DNA from: Smithella sp. D17 | Lineage (GTDB): Bacteria > Desulfobacterota > Syntrophia > Syntrophales > Smithellaceae | Direction: 5' to 3' | Assembly: GCA_000753945.1 (NCBI GenBank) | Contig: JQOA01000002.1 | Span: 1-37,406 of the forward strand | Length of the DNA: 37,406 bases | Part shown: positions 18,588-26,245 of the stretch, one piece after another | Numbering within the stretch: position 1 is the stretch's first letter | Layout: each line of letters starts with the position of its first letter | Position numbers and translations under genes: made by a program | Notes under the pieces: generated by a model | What the model saw: the letters and a program-made list of their open reading frames with translations, nothing else | Databases searched by the model: none | What the model was told of the DNA's origin: nothing

Positions 18588-19805
18588 ATGGAAGATTTAG
18601 CAATTAATGGTGGTTTGCCGATACGTGAAAAAAAGTTTCTTCCCTGGCCTTTCTTTGATCGTGACGAAATGGCCGCTGTCTCCCATGTGCTTCAATCCGG
18701 CAGAGTGAATTACTGGACTGGCCAAGAAGGTCGTTTGTTTGAAAATGAATTTGCCGCAAACATTGGGTTGAATTACGCTGTTACTTTGATGAATGGTACG
18801 GTGGCTCTGGAAGCAGCCTTAATAGCGTTGAATATCAAAAAAGGCGATGAAGTCATTGTAACTTCCCGCAGTTATATCGCATCAGCAAGTTCTGCAGTTA
18901 TGCGCGGGGCAAAACCTGTCTTTGCCGATGTAGATCGTGAAAGTCAAAACATTACTGCGGACACAATTGAAAAAGTCATAACAAGCCGCTCGCGAGCAAT
19001 CATTGCGGTTCATCTGGCCGGTTGGCCCTGTGAGATGGATTCGATTATGGCCCTGGCAAAAAAGCGCGGACTTGCGGTAATCGAAGATTGCGCCCAGGCC
19101 TGCGGAGCCTTTTATAAAGGCCGCCATGTAGGGTCATTTGGTGATGTCGCCGTTTTTTCTTTTTGCCAGGATAAAACAATGACCACCGGCGGGGAGGGTG
19201 GCATGCTGGCGACTAATAACAAAGACATCTGGTCGAAAGTATGGTCATACAGGGATAATGGTAAAAGCTATGATGCGGTTTATGGCAATAATGAGCCCAA
19301 TCCCGGGCAGTCTTTTAAATGGCTGCATGAATCATTCGGAACAAACTTGCGTATGACGGAAATGCAAGCCGCAATCGGCAGAATTCAACTTCATAAATTG
19401 CCCCAATGGATAGAAAGACGCAGACGAAACGCCGATATTTTAAACAAAGCTTTTATAAATATTCCGGCATTACGTGTAACTATGCCGCCTGATTATATTG
19501 GTCATGCATACTATAAATATTATGTTTTTATAAATCATGAAAGACTGAAATCCGGTTGGAATAGAGAACGTGTAGCTATTGCAATTAACGCGGAAGGTAT
19601 TCCCTGTTTCACCGGCAGTTGCAGTGAAATATATCTGGAAAAAGCTTTTGCCGGCACTGGTATGCGGCCGAAGAAACGACTACCGGTTGCCAGAGAGTTA
19701 GGCGAAACCGTCATGATGTTTCTTGTTCATCCGACTTTATCCGAAAATGATATGCGCGATACTGTTAAAGCGGTGGGAAAAGTTATGGCTCTTGCAGCGA
19801 AATGA
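18588..19805 (+). CDS. DegT/DnrJ/EryC1/StrS family PLP-dependent sugar aminotransferase
   Basis: Family-typical layout including the FSFCQDKTMTTGGEGGML PLP-lysine region. Confidence 0.92.
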   Translation: MEDLAINGGLPIREKKFLPWPFFDRDEMAAVSHVLQSGRVNYWTGQEGRLFENEFAANIGLNYAVTLMNGTVALEAALIALNIKKGDEVIVTSRSYIASASSAVMRGAKPVFADVDRESQNITADTIEKVITSRSRAIIAVHLAGWPCEMDSIMALAKKRGLAVIEDCAQACGAFYKGRHVGSFGDVAVFSFCQDKTMTTGGEGGMLATNNKDIWSKVWSYRDNGKSYDAVYGNNEPNPGQSFKWLHESFGTNLRMTEMQAAIGRIQLHKLPQWIERRRRNADILNKAFINIPALRVTMPPDYIGHAYYKYYVFINHERLKSGWNRERVAIAINAEGIPCFTGSCSEIYLEKAFAGTGMRPKKRLPVARELGETVMMFLVHPTLSENDMRDTVKAVGKVMALAAK

Positions 19806-19806
19806 A

Positions 19807-21129
19807 TTATTTGTTTTCCCGGTTGTCTCGTTCACACTTCCATCGGCTGCTTAACTTGCCCAACACCTGATGGAATTTCTTGCCCGGTTCGGGTTGAAGA
19901 TCATCAACAATTGAAACTTTCAAACGCATTGCCGGATGAAGAATTTTTAAGTTTTCTTCGACTGCTCGCCAGAGAGAATTTGAATATGCCGGTCCCGGGA
20001 CAACTTTGATTTCAATTAAGTCATTAGATTCCTGAATAATCTGGAAAACACGGATTGCTTCAATCATGCTCCAGTCTTTTTTATCATGAGGCAAAACGGA
20101 ATTAACGACATTATACATAATTCTTGGTGAAATTTCCCTCCCATCAGGCAGGACGATAAAGTTTTCATTACGACCTTCCGTAAGACGCATAACCGGTCCG
20201 TTAAATCCGCATTGACATTTTCCCGTCTCTAACAGAATTCCCCGATCTCCCGTTTCATAACGAATAAAAGGCATAGAATAATTATATAAATTTGTAATAA
20301 TCAGATGTCCTTCACTGCCCGGTGGAACGGGCATCCCTTGCTGATCAACAGCCTCAATCCACACAGTGGCGGTGTTGGGATGCATAAGTTCCGGATTGGC
20401 GGGACATCCCCAGGCAAGATTTCCACCTTCCTCACTATTGTAATAGTCAGCGACGCGGCAACGAAAGACATTTTCCAGCAATTTGCGTACATGAGGGAAT
20501 AGAATTTCAGCCCCACCGGTTATTAACCGGGGCGAATGAGGTATAATTTTTTTTTCGCGTAAAGCGTTGGCCAGATTCCAATATGCTGACGGACGACCAC
20601 CCATAATGGTTGGTTTTATACTCATAAGAATCGATATCTTCTTTTCCATGGGGATATCGCGAAAAAGTTTGATTATAGTAATAGGCCCGATTTTCTGGAC
20701 AATTTTAGTAGAACCATCTTTTCTTTCCGGCCCTACATTTACAAGTGTCATCGGACATGTCAGTGACGTATTTCGTTTATATGCATCAATAATTGTTATC
20801 TTGCGAAAAGCTTCTTCCAATCGGTTCTTATAGACTGTTACCGGTGTGCCTGTTGTTCCTGTCGTATGTCTAATTACTAGTTCTTCAGGAGAAACATCAC
20901 AACTCAGATATTCGGCAGGTCCTGCCACCATCATATCCAAACGTTTAATAATGGGTAGATGTGTCAGCTCTTCAGCTTTTCGAATGTCTACCGGATTTAC
21001 ACCGCTTTTGTCAAAAGTCCGCCTGTAGAAGGGGACATTTTTATAAGCATGAGAAACAATATACCGGATGGATCTGTCCACATCTTTCTTATTTTTGCGC
21101 GGTAAAAATCTTGTCCATCCGCTGATCAC
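19807..21129 (-). CDS. Phenylacetate-CoA ligase / F390-synthetase-family adenylating enzyme (paralog 3)
   Basis: GTG start with AAGGAG 6 nt upstream. Motifs HTTGTTGTPV and ITNLYNYSMPFIRYETGDRG. The stop codon is 1 nt from the convergent DegT stop. Confidence 0.85.
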   Translation of the reverse strand: MISGWTRFLPRKNKKDVDRSIRYIVSHAYKNVPFYRRTFDKSGVNPVDIRKAEELTHLPIIKRLDMMVAGPAEYLSCDVSPEELVIRHTTGTTGTPVTVYKNRLEEAFRKITIIDAYKRNTSLTCPMTLVNVGPERKDGSTKIVQKIGPITIIKLFRDIPMEKKISILMSIKPTIMGGRPSAYWNLANALREKKIIPHSPRLITGGAEILFPHVRKLLENVFRCRVADYYNSEEGGNLAWGCPANPELMHPNTATVWIEAVDQQGMPVPPGSEGHLIITNLYNYSMPFIRYETGDRGILLETGKCQCGFNGPVMRLTEGRNENFIVLPDGREISPRIMYNVVNSVLPHDKKDWSMIEAIRVFQIIQESNDLIEIKVVPGPAYSNSLWRAVEENLKILHPAMRLKVSIVDDLQPEPGKKFHQVLGKLSSRWKCERDNRENK

Positions 21130-21271
21130 CAGGCTGCTCCTTTGATATTGAACCCGTTCTTCTTTTGCGAAGAGAATATAAAAAAAGCAATCTATGTGTC
21201 AATGAAATAAAAAGTACAAAATACGAGATATGAATGAAATAAATAAAAATGGCTGAACTATGGTTTAACAT

Positions 21272-22247
21272 ATGGTACAAATGCTTGTGGCAGGTTATAT
21301 GGAAAAACATATCCAGGATATAGAGACACAAGAGAAAGGTGGCCCCTTGGTGCTGGAAATACGCGGCAATTCACTGGATGACGGTCCGGGCATAAGAAGC
21401 GTCGTGTTCATGAAGGGTTGCCCGCTGTTTTGCGTGTGGTGTCACAATCCTGAGAGCAAGAAACCGGGTCCCGAGTTGTTGTTCGATGCCTCAATATGTG
21501 TATCGTGCGGAACCTGCGCAGAATTGTGCGAGAGCGGCGCACTCATTATGAAGAAAAAAAGCTCATTTTTGACCGGTCAAAGTGCAACCTCTGCTTCTCG
21601 TGTACCGATTCGTGTCCTTCCGGTGCGCTGGAGCGTGCAGGGAAATCCATGACTGTTGATAATGTAATCGACGCGGTCATGAAGGACAAACCGTTTTATG
21701 ACACTTCGGGCGGAGGCGTGACTCTTTCGGGTGGCGAGCCGCTCATGTTTATGGATTTCGCCTCAGAGATTCTTGCCGGCCTTAAAAAGAAAGGTATACA
21801 TACAATTGTTGAAACCTGCGGTATTTTCAAATTCGAACGCTTCATTCAACTTGTTCTGCCGCATGTGGATATGATTTATTTCGACATCAAGATCATGGAT
21901 ACCTCGCTCTCCGAACGTTATACGGGTGTGAAAAGCGATCTTATTCTGGCAAACTTCCGGGCGCTTCATGAAATTTCACTTACAAAACACGCTGACTTTC
22001 TTCTACCGAGAACACCACTGATTCCGGGAATGACCGATACGGATGGAAATCTCAGAGCGATAGCCGAATTTCTTTCGTCATTAAGAATAAAAAGGCTGCT
22101 CTTCCCGAATATAATCCGCTGTGGCATGCCAAGCTAAATAAATTAGGGAAGGATGTACCGGAAGCGGGGAAGTCACGCGAATGGATGGATAAAAAGCACG
22201 TGGCCCACTGCAAGGAAATATTTACCTCAGCGGGTATTTCCGTTTGA
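21272..22247 (+). pseudogene. Glycyl-radical-enzyme activating protein (PflA family with two ferredoxin-like clusters), interrupted by two -1 frameshifts
   Basis: GPGIRSVVFMKGCPLFCVWCHNPES, then CVSCGTCAELCESGAL in frame 1. CNLCFSCTDSCPSGAL...GGVTLSGGEPLM is in frame 2. KAALPEYNPLWHAKLNKLGK...SV is in frame 3. Frame changes occur at A7 (21554-21560) and A5 (22089-22093). Confidence 0.8.
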
Positions 22248-22251
22248 TGCT

Positions 22252-23814
22252 TTATAGACCAAATTGCTTCCGGAATCTCGAAAGACCTTCCTTCAGATAG
22301 TGGGGAAGTACACGAATGGTTGCCCCCAATTTCTTTCCTTGTGACAGTCTGATAACTTGCAGATAGGTAATTGGTTCAACAAACGCGATAGCAAATAGTC
22401 TAGCCATAGAGATGTTTATTTTGAACCAGAGCGAATTCTGTTTTCTACGGAAAAGTTCCAACAGAAAATTCAACCAGTTTGATGGCATGAAGGTGGCAAG
22501 CCGGATCAAATTGTTTATGTTCGTCTTATTGTATAGAAGGTAATCCTTGCTCTGATACTCATCACCCTTTATCAAACCTTTCTCCAGTGCTTGTTTTCGC
22601 AGTTCAGTACCAGGATACAGACTTAAGGAAAAAAACTGGGTGTAGAATGGTTTGGGTGTTTCCATAAGGGTTTGTACTGTATTAATCCTGTCTTCGTCAG
22701 TTTCGAAAGGATTGTCCAGAAGAACGTCATAGAAGGCGGCCAGTTCCTGATTTTTGATAACTTGCGCCGCCTTAATGAAGTCCTCTTTGCCGGATTGCCG
22801 CTGATAGATATCCTGACATACATGATTGCTTCCGCTCTGCAGGCCGAGACTAATCCAGGCCAGTCCCGCTGATTTCATCGACGATAACTTGAGTTCGGTA
22901 ATGAATGTGGGAATACTCCTGGCAATGAAGGGGATCTTGATTTCCTGTTTGTACAAATGACAAAACCGCTCCATCTCTTCGTCGGACATCGACAAAAAAC
23001 AATCGTCCTGAAAATTTATGTATTCAATGAACGGGTATTGGGCGATCGCCGTTTTCAATTCATCAATAACATTAGAGGGCTCCCTGAATCTTATTTTTTT
23101 TGAATCGTATATCTTTGCCAGTGCATTGTTGCAGCAGTATGTGCAGGAGAAAGGGCAGCCTCTCGAACTCATGATCGAATAGGTTGTGCCTGAGTATCGG
23201 GCATACTTTCTGAAGGTTCTGGTGTCCAAAGTAGTTATGATTCCTTTGTGCAGCACATAGCTATCTTTAGGTATATGTTCACAGACAGGAAGTGCGGATA
23301 GATCAGTTATGAGAGTATAAAGAGTATTCCGAATAACTTGGCCGTTTTTTCGGAAAGCGAGGCTGTTGAGAGTTTCGGGACTAGACCCATTGGCAATTGC
23401 ATCGGCGAAATCTACAATGAAATTTTCCCCTTCACCAATGCATATGAAGTCCGTGTAGTCCAGGCAGGTTTCCGGTGCGATTGTCGGATGGATTCCTCCC
23501 CAGATAATCGGCATTGATGGGTAATGTGATTTCAAGACATGTGTCAATTGTCTGGCGCGATCATACTCGACAGACATCAGGCTTATACCTATGAACAAAG
23601 GCGAAAGTTTATCTACGAGGTTGCAAATGTCGTCGGACATTGCGGCGCCAGGAAACTTTGGTATAAAAAGTATATGTGAAGCAAAGCCATGCCCAAGAAG
23701 TTGATAGTGGAGGCTTTTTAGGCCTATAACGTCCAAGTCTTCCTGTAGAGAAATCAGTAGAACTTCTCTGTTCATTTTTGGCAAACCTTTATCGTATTTG
23801 ATTTGATTCAGCAT
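22252..23814 (-). CDS. B12-binding-domain radical SAM protein
   Basis: N-terminal Rossmann-like B12-binding region followed by SRGCPFSCTYCCN (CX3CX2C). The alternative start M14 (23775) has a better SD. Confidence 0.9.
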   Translation of the reverse strand: MLNQIKYDKGLPKMNREVLLISLQEDLDVIGLKSLHYQLLGHGFASHILFIPKFPGAAMSDDICNLVDKLSPLFIGISLMSVEYDRARQLTHVLKSHYPSMPIIWGGIHPTIAPETCLDYTDFICIGEGENFIVDFADAIANGSSPETLNSLAFRKNGQVIRNTLYTLITDLSALPVCEHIPKDSYVLHKGIITTLDTRTFRKYARYSGTTYSIMSSRGCPFSCTYCCNNALAKIYDSKKIRFREPSNVIDELKTAIAQYPFIEYINFQDDCFLSMSDEEMERFCHLYKQEIKIPFIARSIPTFITELKLSSMKSAGLAWISLGLQSGSNHVCQDIYQRQSGKEDFIKAAQVIKNQELAAFYDVLLDNPFETDEDRINTVQTLMETPKPFYTQFFSLSLYPGTELRKQALEKGLIKGDEYQSKDYLLYNKTNINNLIRLATFMPSNWLNFLLELFRRKQNSLWFKINISMARLFAIAFVEPITYLQVIRLSQGKKLGATIRVLPHYLKEGLSRFRKQFGL

Positions 23815-23901
23815 GGAATTGTTTAAATCAATACTTTATTAAAATCAAATGTTTATTGTGAGACTCAAATTTCAAAAACGAAGTGTATTGAAATTTGTTA
23901 G

Positions 23902-24001
23902 TCGAACAATCCCGCCATAGGCGGAGGGTATAATACCCCGCCCCTTGGGGCGGAATTATGGTCCAGGGCTTGCCTTGGGGTTCATACCCGTGATTGTTCG
24001 G
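23902..24001. other. GC-rich multi-hairpin element closed by a 9-bp stem
   Basis: CGAACAATC (23903-23911) pairs with GATTGTTCG (23992-24000). Enclosed hairpins are CCGCC-ATA-GGCGG, GGGTA-TAA-TACCC, CCGCCC-CTTG-GGGCGG and CCAGGG-CTTG-CCTTGG. It sits in an otherwise AT-rich 203-nt spacer. Confidence 0.4.
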
Positions 24002-24017
24002 GAAGTTTAAGAGAACA

Positions 24018-24851
24018 TTATCGTATTGCGCTGAGAATGTTGGTTTGCTGTGGCACGGGCAGGTCTCTGGGGCGTGACCGGAAATACCGTGTTTCAGCCT
24101 CCGCAGGTGTCAGAAACTCCACTTTAGAAAATCCTGTGCCATATAGTTTTTCTTCGATTTCATCGGGTTCGAAATGACTCAGCCAAGGTTCACCAAGATT
24201 CGTGACGCTCTGGGCAATTATTGAAGGAACGTCGCCCGGCGGCCGCACGAATGTCAACACTATCTCACTGCCGGCCGGAAACATGGCGACAGAGTGGAGC
24301 ACGGCATCAATGGCGTCTTCTTTCAAATACATCATCACACCCAGCCAGGAGAAAAAAGCCGGTTTATTCATTGAAACATTATACCTGCGCAGGCCTTCAT
24401 GCAATGATTCGTGTTCAAAATTAATATCGGCAAACAAAACATTTTCCGGAATTGTAAGTTTGGCTGCATCAATATAGGAGCGTTTCAGAGATTGGGTTCC
24501 TGCATGGTCAACTTCCACAATCTTCAATTCTTTTGCCCAGGAAGGCTGCCTCAGCGCGAATGTATCGAAACCGGCGCCGAGGATTATATATTGCCTGATT
24601 CCGCGCGAGACTGCGGCGGCGAGTCTGTCTTCGGTAAATCGTGAACGCAGAATTATCCGGGTGCGCAATGCAAGAACTTCGGGAGTTTGATAATGATCTT
24701 TCGTATCTTGAATATTCTTTAATGCTTCAGGACCGAGAAGCGGCAGGGCGACCGGATCGTCGAAAAGCAGAGGCTTCGCTTCCAGCAACTGGTGTGCCGC
24801 CCGCATATACGCAGTTGCTAATGCTGTAAAGCTTGCTTTATTATCAGCCAT
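24018..24851 (-). CDS. Class I SAM-dependent methyltransferase, LCMT / TIGR00027-like O-methyltransferase family
   Basis: FTALATAYMRA...DDPVA N-terminus and YIILGAGFDT motif I. 277 aa. Confidence 0.85.
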   Translation of the reverse strand: MADNKASFTALATAYMRAAHQLLEAKPLLFDDPVALPLLGPEALKNIQDTKDHYQTPEVLALRTRIILRSRFTEDRLAAAVSRGIRQYIILGAGFDTFALRQPSWAKELKIVEVDHAGTQSLKRSYIDAAKLTIPENVLFADINFEHESLHEGLRRYNVSMNKPAFFSWLGVMMYLKEDAIDAVLHSVAMFPAGSEIVLTFVRPPGDVPSIIAQSVTNLGEPWLSHFEPDEIEEKLYGTGFSKVEFLTPAEAETRYFRSRPRDLPVPQQTNILSAIR

Positions 24852-24863
24852 TCTTCAACCTCT

Positions 24864-25562
24864 TTAATGAATCCATGCCTGCAGTTCGCCCAATGCTGTC
24901 GATTCCTTTAGATAAACGATATCGTGCAAAAATGCCAGACGCTGTATCTGCTTTAATATATCTCGTGTAGAGTCTCTTTCGATTGCTGTTTCGGAAGATG
25001 ACAGGTATGCGCGAACATAATCCTGCATATGCCTGATGGTTTCTCTGAGATTTCCTTCAGCGGGAGGACAGCGCAGTAGTGATACCAGTTCCGGATAAAT
25101 ATCACCTATACGCTTGCCGGTTTTTTTCGATGCAACCCAACCGCCCAGGTATTTATATTCAGCTTCATCTCTGGCCATTACGGAATATTGATGCTGCGCC
25201 CATAACTGCTGTACATTTTTAGGCAGTGGTATACGCCCCTGCTCCTTATTTTTGTATTTTCCCGCAAGGATTGAGAACTGAGTAGCAGGAGCATCAACAA
25301 ATACGTCCGGCCATTTCTGAGGTTGAGTTTTCAGCAATACGGGAGTTCTATCCATGTAACCTCTTAAGTTCATTTCCGCCGCTAACAATTTATGGCGCTG
25401 GCTAAGCGCCCATCCGAAGCCCTGCCAGCGCAGCGTTTCAGGATGCCGGGAGTAACCTTTTTTGTTGTGTTTAATAATGGAAACAATCGCATGCAGTTCT
25501 CGGTGTTCACCCAGAAGACTTTGCCGGTTTAAATAACCGGGGTTTAAGTCCCATACTCTCAC
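24864..25562 (-). CDS. Pyrimidine-dimer DNA glycosylase (T4 endonuclease V / Pyr_excise)-like domain fused to a DUF1722-like C-terminal region
   Basis: GTG start with AGGAG upstream. (M)RVWDLNPGYLNRQSLLGEHRELHAI...GYSRHPETLRW matches the Pyr_excise N-terminus. WAQHQYSVMARDEAEYKYLGGWVA resembles DUF1722. Confidence 0.7.
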   Translation of the reverse strand: MRVWDLNPGYLNRQSLLGEHRELHAIVSIIKHNKKGYSRHPETLRWQGFGWALSQRHKLLAAEMNLRGYMDRTPVLLKTQPQKWPDVFVDAPATQFSILAGKYKNKEQGRIPLPKNVQQLWAQHQYSVMARDEAEYKYLGGWVASKKTGKRIGDIYPELVSLLRCPPAEGNLRETIRHMQDYVRAYLSSSETAIERDSTRDILKQIQRLAFLHDIVYLKESTALGELQAWIH

Positions 25563-25615
25563 AAAAGTTCTCCTACCATTCCAAAATCAAAGGGAACCCC
25601 GGCGAATGTTGAGAG

Positions 25616-26245
25616 TTAGCAATTCGCATCATCTTCTTCGGGAAGCAGATTCAATTGTCCATTCTCAGCACACTCGCCGAATTTTTTTCCCTTAAGTGAG
25701 CGAAGATCAATGACAGCACCGAACTTGCTGAAAGAGGTGAGGAACCTCTCGAAATCTTTTCCCCAGTAGATCATTGCACAGGACATGGGGGCGCCCTTTC
25801 CACCGTTTTGACCATTGACAAGGAACTTAAGTCGTGTGTCATAGAGGAAGCACACACCTGTTGCTACACCAAAGACATAATTCTTCCAGTGACCGGTATT
25901 TGTTGCCACGGGCACAAGCGCAAGAACTTCAGATTTGTGTTCTTTATATGCTACGGCACACCTACACAACCATCTTTTGATTGATGTACCATGTTCTTTG
26001 TTAATTCCGTACGGTGGATTTACATAGATGGTGGGGAAATTCCAACTCTCCCGGAGTCCGTCATGCTTGGGAAGTTTATATTCCGTTCGAGCATTTACAA
26101 TCGAATACTTATTTGAACAGGGATCAAGGTCAATGCTTCCGCCAAAAAAATCGCGTACGGCATTGACATACTTCTCCGGTGTTCCCCATTCTTGGCTTAG
26201 CGTGTTGAGTGTTCGACCTGCTGTCATGTGTGAATATCCTGCCAT
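25616..26245 (-). CDS. Phage-type DNA N6-adenine methyltransferase (Dam, PF05869-like)
   Basis: EWGTPEKYVNAVRDFFGGSIDLDPCSN and IYVNPPYG. The alternative start at 26227 forms an ATGA overlap with the upstream stop codon. Confidence 0.85.
   Translation of the reverse strand: MAGYSHMTAGRTLNTLSQEWGTPEKYVNAVRDFFGGSIDLDPCSNKYSIVNARTEYKLPKHDGLRESWNFPTIYVNPPYGINKEHGTSIKRWLCRCAVAYKEHKSEVLALVPVATNTGHWKNYVFGVATGVCFLYDTRLKFLVNGQNGGKGAPMSCAMIYWGKDFERFLTSFSKFGAVIDLRSLKGKKFGECAENGQLNLLPEEDDANC

Noticed and set aside
21272-22137. Treating 21272-21652 and 21496-22137 as two separate overlapping genes.
   Set aside because: Together with a third frame (to 22247) they reconstruct one collinear PflA-type activase, so this is a single frameshifted gene.
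23841-23865. AT-rich direct repeat AAAATCAAAT(G/A)TTTA..TTG.GAGA shared with 27491-27515, flanking the four-gene R-M/glycosylase operon like att or TSD sites.
   Set aside because: Only a 10-nt exact core plus gapped similarity in AT-rich DNA. That level of matching is expected by chance and is not sufficient to call island borders.
23815-24017. Cobalamin or SAM riboswitch upstream of the B12-binding radical SAM gene.
   Set aside because: I found no B12-box-like sequence or SAM-I/II core motifs on the minus strand. It is kept only as an unclassified structured element.
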